A stretch of DNA of 64,000 nucleotides from Lama glama (Eukaryota): positions 82,710,001 through 82,774,000 of the forward strand of contig CM052816.1 of NCBI GenBank assembly GCA_028534125.1, in the 5' to 3' direction. Made by a program: the position numbers and the translations under genes. The first letter of the stretch is position 1. Every line of letters starts with the position of its first letter. The notes under the pieces were generated by a model. That model did no database searches. It was not told where the DNA came from and saw only the letters and a list, made by a program, of their open reading frames with translations. Positions 25,701 to 39,199 of the stretch are shown piece by piece.

Positions 25701-25954
25701 TCTAAGTTAGTTTGTGTTGTTCACTCTTACTGAATGTTGTTAGTCAATTCTCAACTTCCTGTATTTCTGAGCAGCTTTAATTAAAAGTGGATATTATTTA
25801 AGAAAACTTTAGAACTAATATAATGCTCTGAATCATGTGATTAGGTTGTCCTTTCTTCAAGAAAGGGGACACTAAAGTTAAATCAGTATGTCTTAAGATT
25901 CAAAGGTATTTTAAATTTTATTTTAAATGGGATTTGCTTGGCTTTGACTAATGC

Positions 25955-26120
25955 AGGTCTGTGATTGGGTCCATAAGTTCTGTAAACCTGCTGGAATTAT
26001 GGTGCAAATTGATTTGTGTGTATTTACGTTTGAGTACACAGGCCTTTGGGGAAACATTTATATCTTCTACCAGATGCTCTAAAGATTCATCAATGAAGGA
26101 AAAAAATAGGACAATCTTTA
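25955..26120 (+). mobile_element. hAT-Charlie MITE fragment (MER103-like)
   Basis: 'ggaattatggtgcaaatt...tttggggaaacatttatatcttctaccagatgctctaaag' resembles recalled MER103C. Confidence 0.4.
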
Positions 26121-28544
26121 TGTAGGTTGTTTTAAGTGAGGATGTTTTCAATAGAAACTTGAATGTGTAATGGAAATGATAAAAATTGGCTACTTATGTA
26201 GATCTCCTCTTTCTGAACAAATTAACTTTAGCTGCTGTGTAGGATGACTAGCCTATGTGCTGATTCTTGGATATTATCCTGTAGAACAGGATAAAAAGAG
26301 AAAATGAGCTAATGCTCAAGTGAGGACAAATTAAATGATCCAAGAGAATTATCAGATAGAGAAAGGAGACACTGAGGAAATTATTGCTGACATCACTTGT
26401 TTTTGTCTAAGAAATCTTTTCAGGCGAACATAAAATGCTTTAGTGACACGTTTTTACCCTTTTTCTGCTATGTCCTACTTTAAGCACTAGAACATATTCC
26501 AGCTTATTAAAAAAGTTTTTAGAATCATATTCTACTACTTTAATAAAGGCAAAATCCAAATGAATAAACTTATTTGAAACTAGTTTCATGAAAACATCAA
26601 AATCTATAAATTTCACTTTTAATCTCAATTTCCTTTGCCTGATGCCAATGGCAAGAGCTAAAAAAATAAAACTGCCGACATGAAACCAGTGAAAGAAAAA
26701 AGATCTCCTGTTATACATGTTTTTTATGTGATGGTAAGTGAGTCATATGAAAGGCTGAAAATGTAATTGTTAAAATAAACATTTCATGGTATGTTACTTA
26801 TTTTTATATGTGATGGAGAGAAATACAAAATTAGTATGAGGTTCAAATATTCTTTTAATAAAATTGTAAATAATATCTATGTAAGATTGTTGTATGGCCT
26901 ATGTCATATATTGTATCATCAGGTTGATAGCACCTATGTCTTTGGAACCTTACATTTCTATGACAAGGAAAATGTTTTATGTCTATTTTAAAAATATTTT
27001 GTCCCTTTGACAATTACTCATATCCCAGACTGAAGCTGAAGTTTGAACTAATGTTTTGATGCAGAATGAGAAACATTCACAATTTGCACATTTTATTGAT
27101 CTTTAGGAGTAGCAGATAAAGATTTTAAACTCGGCAAAATGAGGACGTTTAACTGGACACCAAACTTCTGTTTCAATCTATTTCTATCCTCATTCTCTTC
27201 TAATTCTTAATTTGAATGCTGAATCCATAATTGGAAAGCAATATACATACTTAATTTCAAACTCTATTACTTTAAGTGAAAAGCAATATTTGCAGGAAAA
27301 AAAAGTCCTGTAGACATAAAGAATTTTTTCCAAGTAGAAGTGACAATCAGAAAACAAAACTATATAATCATTCTGAAATTACAAAGTAAATATGGAATCT
27401 GTTACTTTTTGGTATTCAATCTCAAAGAGTTTCTTCTTTCTCCACTATAAATAACAAGAGACAATAAAACAGAGATATTCACTGACAACATAATAATTTC
27501 GTGTCTGTTTTTTCTATCTGCAATGGGGAGGTGGTAGTTAGGTGGAAGAAACAATTTCTTCACCCGACAAGACATAAGCACTTACTAGTTTAGTCCCATG
27601 TTTTTTATTGAGATCTACTTAGAAAGATACTTTACTGTGTGTGCCATTACATTCCATGCGGCTGACACTAGGTAACAAATAGAAAAGACAGAAGCTGGGG
27701 GCCACAGAGGTTTGCAGTTGTCAGCACGGTGATAAGCTAGTGCTTTATCATCAGAAACTAAAGAGTACTTAAATGATACTGGCTGCCGTTGTGGCCATAA
27801 TTTATTGGCCTCAAGAGACTCTGTGTGTAAGTGCCTCTACCTTCCGAGTCTCAGTTTCTGTTTTGCTGGAGTCTGCATTATAAAACTTCAGTGATCCTCC
27901 TGCTCGTAGCCTTTATTTCTCTAACATCAAAAGAATCAGGACACATGACTTGAAGTAAAAGAAAAACAAATACTGGGAGAAAAAGTTAGAAAGTTAGCAC
28001 AAATAAAATGCTACTAAAAAGGCTGTGGACACATGACAATCCCAAAGGAAAACAGGAGGTTAGTCAGCCTGAAGCACAACTGCAGAGCTGACGCTTTCAA
28101 ATAAGGAGTTACTCTTAGTTTGCAACATGAAGGAGTTAAAAAGGGTCACCTGAAAATGTTTTATTTACTTATAAAGTACATTTTCTAAAAGGAATTGATT
28201 TAAAAATCCATATCTACTAGGTCAGGAAAAGTTTACGAGATTTACATTGTTTAAAAATAAGTTTTTTTTAAAAAAAACATATTTTTTAACCTCCTAAGAC
28301 AATAACAATTTGAAAGAACTGATTTTTGACAGTGAGCCAAGTCCTTTTGCCCCCTGTCCTGAAGCTGCCAGCGAAGAGAGAGAACTTCTGAAAAAAACAA
28401 TGAAAGAAACAAAGAGACAAATATTTCTTCTATGGATAGAGTCTTCCTGTGATTGCTCTGCCCCAGAGAATTTGTTCCAAAATTCAGTGAGAAAATCTAA
28501 AGTATTGACCTTTTCCTTTTCTTTTTAAACTTATGCCACAAGGG

Positions 28545-28680
28545 GAAAAAAAGGTAATTATGTGAAGAAATAGAAATGTTAATTAAATTTACTATAGTAA
28601 CCATTTCACTATATATATCTATATTTCAAAGTATCACATTGTATACTTAAATATATATACTTTTTATATTAAAAAAAGAA
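28545..28680 (+). mobile_element. L1MA-like extreme 3' end
   Basis: 'ggtaattatgtgaagaaatagaaatgttaatta...gtaaccatttcac...atcacattgtatacttaaatatatatac' followed by an A-tail. Confidence 0.7.
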
Positions 28681-28682
28681 AC

Positions 28683-29090
28683 GAAAGGTGGAAACAACTC
28701 AAATGATCATCAATAGGTGAATGGATAAACAAATGTGATGCATTCATACGGTAGAGGATTATTTCAGTCATAAAAGGAATGAGATATCGATACATACTTG
28801 AATGTGGATAAACCTTGAAAATGTTATGCTTAAGTGAAAGAAGCCCAACATATTGTATGATTCTGCTTGTTTAGGTGGAAAAATCCAGAACAGATAAATG
28901 AACAGACAGGCAACGGTTTAGCGGTTGTCAGGACTGGGGGTGGGGGATGGCGTGTAAGGGCATAAGGAGTGCAGAGTTTGTGTCTGGGGTGATAAAACTA
29001 TTCTGGCACTAGATAGTGATGATAGGGTAAAACAGTAAATGGATTTAATGCTAATAATTGTAAAATTAAATGCTTTTAATTTAAAAAATG
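28683..29090 (+). mobile_element. L1MB-like 3' end
   Basis: 'ggtggaaacaactcaaatgatcatcaataggtgaatggataaacaaatgtg...aaccttgaaaatgttatgcttaagtgaaagaagcc'. Confidence 0.8.
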
Positions 29091-29259
29091 ACACAAAGTA
29101 CTATGATTGAGAAGATAGAATTAGGGTCAATAATCTCAATGAGAACATGGTTAAAATACAGAGTTAATTGCAGGGCATACTTGGATGTGCTGTGAAAGAA
29201 ATAGTCACGCTCACTCCCAGGATGACACTCTCCCTGACAGAGCTTCTCATTCTAAGACA

Positions 29260-29600
29260 CACATAGGTCAGGTGGTCCTAGAGACAGAAGCTCAGATGGA
29301 GATTTACAGACAAGTGGAGTTATTAGAGGAGTGAGGTGTGCTCACAAAAACAATACCTGCAGAGGAGTTAAGGAAGCTGGATTGACCAGAGGAAAAAGGA
29401 AGAAACGAGAGAGACTTTGGCTGAGGTGGCTTTCAGAGAAGTCCCAACTTGAGGCAAAGAGATCAGACCTTTGTTCTACTGTTTCCTCTAGTCATTGGAT
29501 GTGAGCTGTTCCCAAGGAGAAACAGAGGCAGCTCTCTTTGACAAATGGCTATTTCTGGGGAAGATCTGGCCTGTGAGCCATTAATTGGCAACAATCTCAC
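29260..29600 (-). mobile_element. ERVL LTR16-like LTR
   Basis: 'gtcccaacttgaggcaaagagatcagacctttgt...agtcattggatgtgagctg...tgtgagccattaattggcaaca'. Confidence 0.65.
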
Positions 29601-29956
29601 TTCTGATCATTTTTCCTTGATTTCTTTTAGTTGTGTAGATTGAGCTATAATACCCTTAGCCTTCCCATTGAAATTCTCCCGAGTCCCATGCCTCATAAAG
29701 TATCTCCCTAGAAGTCTGCTGATCAGACCTCACTAGCTTCCACTCCAAATTTGCTGTTCATTATCATAATTTCACCTAGCTTTTTTCTTGTCAATGAGAT
29801 CTGCACCTAGCCTCTGTTATATGGGACACCATCGTCACTAGTGCTAACAGAGAGCCCAGTTCTATAAATGTATCTCTCACCAAAACCCTGGTTAGTAAAA
29901 AATGCTAGATACTACTCAGTTGCTCAACAATGTTGGTGTTCACTCCCTAGCCCATT

Positions 29957-30441
29957 TTTAAAAAATCAAAATATGGTTGATTTAAATAATATGTTAGTTT
30001 TCAGGTATACAGCAAAATGATTGAGTTATATATTTTTTCAGATTATTTTCTATTATAGGTTATTAAAAGATATTGAATATGGTTCCATGTGCTATACAGT
30101 AAATCCTTGTTGCTTATCTGTTTTATGTGTAATAGTTTATATTTCTCAATCCCATACTCCTAATTTATCTTTTCTTCCCTCCCTTTCCCCTTTGGTACCA
30201 TAAGTTTATTTTCTACATCTGTGGGTCCATTTCTGTTTTATATAGTTTCATCTGTATTATTTTTTAGATTCTGCATTTAAGTGCTATCATATAATATTGT
30301 CTTTTTCTGTATGACTTACTTAGTATGATAATCTCTAGGTCCATTCATGTTGCTGCAAATGGCAAAATTTCATTTTTAATGACTGAGTAATATTTCATTG
30401 TATATATACCAAATTTTCTTAAACCAATCATCTGTCAATAT
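29957..30441 (-). mobile_element. Cetartiodactyl-type L1 3' fragment with TSD
   Basis: 'tgttagttttcaggtatacagcaaaatgattgagttatat...tgtgctatacagtaaatccttgttg'; flanked by ctagcccatt (29947-29956) and ctaccccatt (30442-30451). Confidence 0.85.
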
Positions 30442-30459
30442 CTACCCCATTCTTTATCA

Positions 30460-30645
30460 TACTGGGAAATGAGATAATGGACTACAGGCTTCCCTCAAGG
30501 AGGGTGGGGACCCTGAGGAAAGGTAGTGTCTGGGGAGGGACTCATTTTGTGAGCTGTCAGCAAGCAAAATTTCCAGCAGGCATAATGAGTGTTCAGTTCC
30601 TAAAAGTGGGGATTTGGGTGATGGACCATAGCGTTCACTGCACAA
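30460..30645 (-). mobile_element. Second LTR16-like LTR (5' part)
   Basis: 'ggagggactcattttgtgagctgtcagcaagc...aatgagtgttcagttcctaaaagtggggatttggg...ccatagcgttcactgcaca'. Confidence 0.6.
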
Positions 30646-31269
30646 ATCCTGACCTTATCTCTTTGGGGACATTGTGTATTATCACATCATTTGTTGAATA
30701 TAGATGCGTGCATCATATGTGCAGTACAGAATATGTGTGTGCAACCTGGAGAGGAGAAAAATGAGGGTCATCTGACCATTTTCCAGGGTGGCTTTGATGA
30801 TGGTTACAGATAATTTCTTAGTATATGGACTTCTTTCTAGGTAATATTTGTTTATTTTACCATCTAGACATCTCTTAAAAATAGGCCATAACTAACGTCT
30901 GCAAAATGATTGTCTGAATTATACATGTTTGCCATTGGATATTTTATTATAAATTGTGATAAGCCTGGTTTCCTTATTTATTTTCTTCCCTTTTTCACTT
31001 TTCTTCTTTCTCTGTTTACTTCTTTCTCCTCCCCTTCTTTCACCTGCCAACCTTGTTTGGTTTCTCTCTTTCTTTTAATATTGATTAGATACATGGTTAC
31101 TTTATGGAAATTCTTTTCTGTTTACATTTTTTACTTAGTTTTATTTGAACCTATGTTTTTGATGTATTTAGTGCAGAACTGCATCTAATTTGAAAAACAA
31201 AAAAAACCTGTTCAACCACGAAGGAAAAAATATAAAGATTAAAACAATTAAAAGTTTTTTTTTTTTGAG

Positions 31270-31765
31270 ATTAGAGTAGAGAAAGGAAAAAGAGTAACTT
31301 TACAGTGGAGACATTTGCTAGAAACTGCCTCAGACAAGTCATTAGTTATGTTGATATCATATGCCCCTGATATGACATGGATAAGGGAATTTCAGGTCTG
31401 TGGTATTTTTGAAAACTCATAATTCCAACTGCATCATGAAAAAAATTAGTTGAGTGTAAATGGAAGGAAGCTCTAAAGAAATACATGTAAAGAAATGCAT
31501 GACTAGGACTTTTCAATACTGTCCGTGTTATGTGAGAAAAAAAAAAAAGACTAAGAAATCTTGGAGACTGGAAAAGATTAAGGAAATATGATGACTGAAT
31601 GTGATGTAGTGTCCTGCACTGTCCAAAGCAACACAAAAATAGTGGAAAAACTGGTAACAGCTGAATAAAGTCTGTGGTTTAGTTACTAGTAATGTACTAA
31701 TGTTAATTTCTTTGAATGGATAAATATACCCTGGTCACAAAAGATGGTAACATTAGGGAACTTTT
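31270..31765 (+). mobile_element. L1MC-type 3'UTR
   Basis: 'agtaactttacagtggagac...tatgttgatatcatatgcccctgatatga...gactgaatgtgatgt...gtctgtggtttagttactagtaatgtactaatgttaatttc'. Confidence 0.75.
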
Positions 31766-31799
31766 ATGTGTTATGACTTGAAGGTGACTCAGCTAAAAG

Positions 31800-32355
31800 A
31801 GGTTAATAATTAAATAATCACGAATAATCATGGACTTAAAAAACAGAACTAGTAGGAGGTAGATGACAGATGGTTAAATCTGGAGACTGATAGAGACAAA
31901 TAGAAAGACACATTACAGGGAGCTGGAGAAAACAGATGCCGGGGCTGGTTAAATAGCCCCAGCGAGGCAGTCTCCATCTCTAATGCTGAAGCCCTGAGTA
32001 CACAGGCAGTCATGAAGGGACCATCAGGAGCAGGCTGGAACCCTTGAGCACCAGCTGGGAACCCCACAATCACAAGCTGAAGCCCAACCAGTGAGGCAGA
32101 ACCCCAGGAAGATGAACAATAGCCAGTTTCCAAGTCATTGCCTTGAGCCTTGATGATGAGCCTGAAGAAACTGGGACCCTTTCTCACGTTACTGAACAGC
32201 ACGCCTCCGGTCCAGGAGTCAGAGTCGAGTCGATCAGGAAAGAGCCAGGGGAAGGATGAGCAAATCACGGGCCCAGCTACTGCCTTCTGCCAAGGGGGTG
32301 AGTGGGCAGATCAGCTACAACATGGCTGCTGCCCACTTTGGTCATTTCTTTGACA
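31800..32355 (-). mobile_element. ERVL-type LTR (probably LTR50-like) containing an APOA4-like segment
   Basis: 'caggcagtcatgaagggaccatcaggagcaggctggaacccttgagcaccagctg' matches recalled LTR50; adjacent segment translates to apolipoprotein A-IV-like peptides. Confidence 0.6.
32162..32324 (+). pseudogene. Degenerate apolipoprotein A-IV-like coding fragment (LTR-borne)
   Basis: LKKLGPFLTLL (from 32162) vs APOA4 [12 protein letters not shown]; after a frameshift RAQLLPSAKGVSGQISYNM (32268-32324) vs [19 protein letters not shown], 10/19 identical to the recalled human sequence. Confidence 0.65.
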
Positions 32356-33769
32356 AGATTATCAAGCTTTAGCCAGTAGATTATTTTACTGAATTTTGCA
32401 TTGCCTCCTGGAATCTATTTTCACAGAGCAAATGTTCAGCCTCCTTAATATTTGCATTTGTATTTAAACATAAGCATTCTTTTCTAGCTTTAGTCTCAAA
32501 AAACAAGATTAATCCAAGTCAGTTAATTGCTGTGGCACATTTGTATGTTGTTTTTTATTAAATGGAATGAAGATCTTAATAGAGCCCTTGATATTCCTAC
32601 TCATTTCATTAAATATGAAATGTATATTTATAAACATAAACATCTAACATAATGTGTTGAATATTTATGCAATGCTTTGCTGCCAAAGTCCATATATGTA
32701 TATCTGTGGATTCTGAGATAATTTTCTGAATTGATGGATTTATTCATATAACACAATGACTCTCTCTGCATTAACAACCTTTTAGTTATGAATAGCTCTC
32801 AGCTATTAAACGTGAGGAATTAACTCTCAGATGAATTTTGAACAAAAAGAGATCCTGGTAGTTCTTAAGATACATTGTGAAATGCTATAACGATATACCA
32901 TTAAATTTATTCCAAAGGATATTTTTTAAATTGCCTGTGGAAATATGAGTGCTTTTTTTCTTTCTTTTTACTCATGAAACTTGCCCCAGGTTGCCAAAAA
33001 TGCAGCCATCAGCATTCTTTAGTGAAGGCAGCTTAGACCTGTCAGCCATCTTATCTCCCCTGTTGTATGGTTGATGTTTTTTATCAGTGAATACAAACAT
33101 TAAAATGGAACCATAATCCTACCTTAGTAATATGGTCTCTAACTGCCTCTGTGGAACATATCTGCTAAGGAAACGAGGCACACCATAAAGAAACAGATTC
33201 ATAAATTATATGTGTTGCGAAGTAATACAATTATTAAAGATGACAGATAATGAAACAATGAAGGACTAAAGACCAATTAAAGGGAAAATAATAAAAAATC
33301 ACTTCATTAGTGATTTTACAAAGCTGATGACATCTATGGAGGTGATTCCAAAATATCTACTTATTATTTCTTATATCAGGTTATTTTTCCAGAAGTATAT
33401 CATTAATTCACATTACTGTACTATCCTTTGCATACATTGACTTCTTACGCTATAGATAAAAACCTCAGGATATTTTATTGTGATCTTTACACAAAGAACC
33501 CGAAGATGTAATTTTATGCATAAAATGACAAAGAGAAGAACAGCAGCTATAATAGTTTTAAAATCTTAAAACCTATAGCATATAAATAGATTTTAGCTTC
33601 GCTTCTAAAGCAAAGGGGACTCCGTATAGATTTTTACAAATATTCTATTACTATGTGGCAGCAGAAAGTTGTTTTTACAAAGACAGCTGAACAGAAGAGA
33701 ATAGACTTGAATGAAAAAAGTTTTATACAAATTATCTTATATAAAGCTATATCTATATGTGCCTTATAA

Positions 33770-33920
33770 TCAAGGGATATTTATTAAACACAAATGATGT
33801 ATCATACCTGTTTTAAAAGCAGGGATTATAACGATGAAGATGAATAATGAGCCTTCTTTGCCTTTTATGAACCCACAAACTAGTGGGAGAGCACAAGTAA
33901 ACAGCTAATCATAAATCGAT
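33770..33920 (-). mobile_element. L2 3' fragment
   Basis: 'gatatttattaaacacaaatgatgt...ttgccttttatgaacccacaaactagtgggaga...gtaaacagctaat'. Confidence 0.6.
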
Positions 33921-33996
33921 TTTAATGTTCTCTCTTAAGCTCCATATTGGATGTGTGGGTAATCCCACCATTATTTGTTAAATCACACAGATTCAT

Positions 33997-34018
33997 CACA
34001 CACACACACACACACACA
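33997..34018. repeat. (CA)11 microsatellite
   Basis: Read directly. Confidence 0.95.
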
Positions 34019-34399
34019 CTCACATATACCCTTATATACTGTTTTGTATGTGTATTTCATAATATAAGAATACTGAAAATGTAGATTCTAGCAGAACAGA
34101 GCCATGCTAGCTAAGGAGTTCTCCAAGCCTTAATTAGGGAAGAACTATAAATTGGGAAAAACAAAGAAACAAGAGATCAACTCCTGCATAATAGTGTGTT
34201 CAGCAGATACCTGTGTCTGCTCAACATGACTGTGTAGTGAATTATATACAACTAAGCAACACCCTTAATTACTATACACTTATTGATACAAATCTTTACT
34301 GTCAGAAGTAAATACGTTCAGATCTTGTAAAATGTACTGTGTGAATTGATTCCATTTTCTTATCAGGGAAGTACCTGGGTGGCAAGAACTACTACCCGG

Positions 34400-34780
34400 C
34401 TCCCTCCTTCTCTGCTACCTGTCCCTCATGGAGCCACAGTCTTTTTGTCCTCAAATGCTTTTCTCAGATTCCGACCAAACTCAACCCTTAACGTCTAGCT
34501 AATGCCACCTCCCACAGAGACCCTTCTAGCCACTGTCTATTGAGTCCCTACTCCAGGTGACCACCATTCTATCATATTACCATTTTTATATTTTTTCCAG
34601 ACCGCTTAGAACAATCTAAAAATTACTTTGCATTTTACTTATTTACGGCCTGTCTCTCCTCGCTGGCCCCTAGACTCCATGCAGGTGAGTAACTGGCCTG
34701 TTTTGCTCCCCACTACACTACGAGTTCCTAGCTGGTGCCTGTGCCTCGTACATAATGGTACCATGGATATTTATTGACTG
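34400..34780 (+). mobile_element. L2a-like 3' end
   Basis: 'aatgccacctcccacagagaccctt...tgtctctcctcgct...tagactccatgcagg...gatatttattgactg'. Confidence 0.7.
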
Positions 34781-35339
34781 TAAGACTAAACATATGGAAA
34801 AACACCTTACGTGAAACTTGGCACAATTAAATGCAATAAGTGTTATTTTCCTCCCTGTCAAATCCATTCTGCTCGCCAATTCCAGGCTAATCTTCTTCAA
34901 ATACTGTTCTTATTACTGCAAATCTTTTTTAAAACAGTATTTTTAGTTGGGACAGATTAAAACTCTTACTACTCTAGGTTTACCAAAATCTGAATTTCCT
35001 TTCTCACCTGATCTCTGGCTGTTGTCCCTAAAGTTCTGCTCTCCATGAAATGAATCTCTGCATGGTTTGCTTCCTTCAGTCCCTCTACCTGAAACATCTT
35101 CCATCACTACTACTATTCCTCCTTCCAAATCCAGCCTTAAACTGATTAGGAAAAAATTCCCCTTTTAGGGAGGTCCCTAGGGAGTAAACAATATCTAAAA
35201 TTTCTTTCTTCTCCATATTAAACCTAGAGTTTGCCCTGAAATGAACAAATCAAGAGTAAAACTGACATTAATTATAAGCTCAAACAATCTAAAAGTATTA
35301 ATATAGTGCAAAATCAAAATTTTATAATTCCATCTGAAG

Positions 35340-35580
35340 TGTACTTTGATAATCTGGTGTCTCTGGTCCTATCCCCATTCTTGTCCTCAGAACTTGCCCC
35401 GAACACCTATTTCAAAGCATTTCTATCTACTCTGTGATCTTAAAGCATTTATTGTTTACAACAATTGTTATGATGATCTGTTTCTATATACAGTCCTTGT
35501 AAGAATATCCTCTTTTTTGTATATTTAAACTGGACTTTGTACATAATAAATACTCAATAATTTGAGTTAATTGAATGAAT
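35340..35580 (+). mobile_element. L2 3' fragment
   Basis: Ends 'acataataaatactcaataatttgagttaattgaatgaat', a typical L2 terminus. Confidence 0.5.
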
Positions 35581-36789
35581 TCTATGTCACATTGTGGAAT
35601 GCCAATTCAATTTTGTAACCTGTCTTTACAAGACAGATACTGATCCCATTAACAAAATTGCTTATGTGGCAATTAGCACCATTAAGATAAATTAAATTAA
35701 TGGGTCAGATATCCATGTCTTTATTCTTTAGAAAACTGGCCTTGATGATTAGAAACTCTTCACCAAATTAACAACACTCATCCAGTTAACACTTTCTCAC
35801 GGTTTCATTCATCCAAAACACACATTTATAGAAATGAAAAATTAGATCAAAGTGACACTGAATTTTTTCCACAAATAAATTCATTTCAATAAAAGCTTCA
35901 ATAATTTACTCCCAATAAGGTTATTATAAATATTTCCTAGAAATAAAATAAACTTATATTTGTAAGTATGCTATGAGTTTTCATTTATTTATTTGCTATT
36001 TTAATTCGACCATTAACCACTGGGTTTAAATTCATATAAAATACAGATACACTTTATTTTTTAACTTTGGTTAAAAAAGAGTATAATGAAGATATTTTCC
36101 AGCAATTTTTTGCCATGAATAAAGGAAAAAACTTATCTTGAATTGTTAATGGAAATCCGTATCTTCTTTCTCTGATAAAAGTAATAATACTAAGCATAAA
36201 AAACCGAAGAACAATTTTCTCCCATCACAGTTTTCAAACATGTTAAGGTTGAAACTTCCTTCCCTTGCTCTTAACATTTTGAGCAGTTTCCCTAATATTT
36301 TGTTTAATTTCGACAATAAGAGGAAATCTATTGTGGCCTAACGTTTAGTGATTTAAAAATCTATTCCTATTCAATTGATAACACAAATTTTATATCCAAT
36401 TCTAAATAGATATTTCTCTCAATTTCAGTTCTTACCTTGGCTCCCAAATTCTTCTTGGGACAAAAAACAAGAAGTTACCTTGCTATCTGGCCTTTCCTTT
36501 TGTTTCTTTCCAGGGTCTTTTATGTCTTGTGGGGAGGGTTTGGACTAGAGGAAAGATACAAATGTCATGTTCTAAGATTTTTCTATTCATACTCCTTTCT
36601 TAGCTAATGGGCCTGCAGGTCATGCTCCTTTTATTACAAGCACAGTCTTAGCTCCATCACAGACCGCACTTGTTCATGGTCACGCTCACCTCTGCAGCAC
36701 AGCTGTACCTCATTCCCTGCCTCCTGCATTGGCGATACTGGGTTCAGCTTATTCCCTGAGATCCTCCTTCATCCTGTGGCTCGCCTCAG

Positions 36790-38560
36790 TATTTCATTCC
36801 ACAATAGATACGATATATTTTTCTGGTTTTATTTTCAGGATTAACTGGCTTCATTTTACAAATTGGGGCATATTTTCTCTTTTCTATTTTCTCAATTTCT
36901 CAAAAAATTGAGATGTTCTCTTGTAAGTCTGGTAGAACTTGCTTCAGAAAAACATCTTGTCATTGTGTTTAGGAGATATAAATGTAAATATATAATTTTT
37001 GTTTATTTGTATAAATGTTTGCCTATACATATATACATAAATATGTATATTTATGACTTCTATTTCTTTAATAGTCACTTCTTAAATAATTTTAATAGTC
37101 TACTTCTGTAATATCCATGCTTCATTTTTTTCCCCTGACACCATTTTGATGCTTGTCTGAAATTTAAACTCTTGGTTTTTATGCATATATTTTATTTGAG
37201 TTTTATTTCATGCAGTTGTCTTAGGTTTTATTATTTTTTTCTTTTTAAAGACAAAACTTTTTTCCTAACGCTTTTGATCATCTTTAAGTATATTTTTTGA
37301 ATAAGTTTTAAGTACTTCATTCAAAATTCTTTTCCATTAAGGTATTTGTATGCAAAATGTCTGGAGCTTATATTCCTATATTACTGAGAACATTTTCATG
37401 ATGTTCTCAAATCTGAATTACAGTCTGGACTAGAGGAAAGGGCCAAATGATTATAAAATACTAATTCAAAGATCTTTTCCTTCCATGTTTTGAACATACT
37501 GTTTGTCTTTCTGCAACCAACATTACTATGGGAAAACACACTATCATTCTGTCTATAATCTGTTCTTTCTCTCTGAAAGTTTTTAGAATTTTCTCTTTGT
37601 CTTCAATATTCTCTAATTTTAATGCAAATTGTGAGCTTTTTGTTATCGCCACCCTTTGTTTTCTGTGCCACCCTTTGTTTCTTAGTCTTATTTGGTACAG
37701 ATAAAAAATTTGTTTCTATTACTTTTCAAATAGCTCTCCTTTTCACTTATACTTTTATTTCTTTCGGGGTTTCTATTACCTGATTCATAGTATTTCTACT
37801 ATAGTCTCCTTTCTATTGTATTTACTGTATATTTATCCTTTTCTTCTTTTTTTGAATGAGTTTCTCAATCTCCTGTTTGTGGACTAATTAGTGGCCTCAA
37901 CCTTATTCAGTGACCTAGTTTACTTCTCAAATGTAATCATTCTATAATTTACTCGCTGTTTGGATCTGGCATTTTTGTATGAACCTTATATTCCAGTGGG
38001 ATATTTAGGAACTTTCATTTCCAAGCACTGTTTCTCCCTTTTGTTTCTAAAAGGGAGAGATAGAGTAATCACATAAAAGATCTCAAAGTGCATGAAAATT
38101 ACAATTTGTGTTGCAATCTTGCTGTTGTGCAAAGTATTCATTATTTGGATGCCAGTAGCCTAGAAGTTTGCATATATTGGTTTTATCTGACTGCTGAATC
38201 AATTTTGACCTTCCCGTGGCTGAGTTACAGATATCACCCAGGGATAAAGTAGCTTGTCTTTCCACAACATGTTATATATTTTTTTTAACTGTTATAGTCC
38301 TTGCAACTAAATCTTCTTTAATTTTCTTTGTTTTTTGTTTTACTTTTCTTTCTTTTTGCTAATATTGTCTGATAACTTTTAGTATGCTACATTATTTTCC
38401 AACCTTGACCCATCTATTCTGATGTCTCTGCTTCTGATGGCATGACTTGTTTTCTTTTAATTTGAAATAGTTGAACCCCCCCGATTCAGATTATTTTGGT
38501 CTGTGAGTTTGTAGCTCCATTGAAGATACTGGGAGCTGTGTCCCTTAATGTATATGAGGA
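36790..38560 (-). mobile_element. Ancient L1 (L1ME-like) ORF2/ORF1 remnants
   Basis: ORF 37461..37652 contains KLENIEDKEKILKTFREKEQI, an L1 ORF1p-like motif; antisense ORF2-like DNA at 36830-36970. Confidence 0.65.
37648..37680. repeat. Local tandem duplication GCCACCCTTTGTTT x2 (period 19)
   Basis: Copies at 37648-37661 and 37667-37680. Confidence 0.9.
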
Positions 38561-39199
38561 AAGGTCTGAACATTAGACCAGTTCTGTGTCAGCCTCAGTG
38601 AACTCAAGCTAAGCAGGAATGAATCCCACCATGGAAATCTACAGACTTAAGGCCAGTACAGTTAATCCATTCTCAAACCAAGGAAATAATTTGTCACTTC
38701 AAGGCATTACCTTTCACCTCCAGGGAGAAGCAGACTTGAAGCGAAAGACTCCTTGGATTATACTTCACCAGCCCTAGGAGTTCAAAAGCTAGTGTTTGGA
38801 AAGCAAATTCCATGGGCTGGTCTGTTCTCACAAATTTTTTCCCCTAGCAGCTAATGTAACTAGTTTTTATTTATCCACCTACCTCAGAGGTCTGATTTAC
38901 CATAGGTGTGTGATGAGGCCCTGACAGTTCCAAGGTAATGTAGGGTTAGCTATGAGAAGCGATGTCAGAATCCTTTTTAATCTATTATCTAACAGAGGGG
39001 CGCCAGTCCACCACTTGCTACAAGCTAAAGTTACTACCACTGAGGCAGACCTGTTTAAAAGACAGACATTTTTCCCCAAAAGTGTCTCCTCACTTGATGT
39101 TTCAGTCTTTAATTCCTTTGAGGTTGGTCTTGGGGAGAATGCCAGCAGTTTCTGCTAGATCAGCATAATGAGAAGAACAGGTGGTTCTAATATTTCTGC

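Noticed and set aside
31849..32268. 139-aa minus-strand ORF, the longest gap-free ORF
   Set aside because: Lies inside an LTR; no recognisable protein; GC-richer sequence lengthens chance ORFs.
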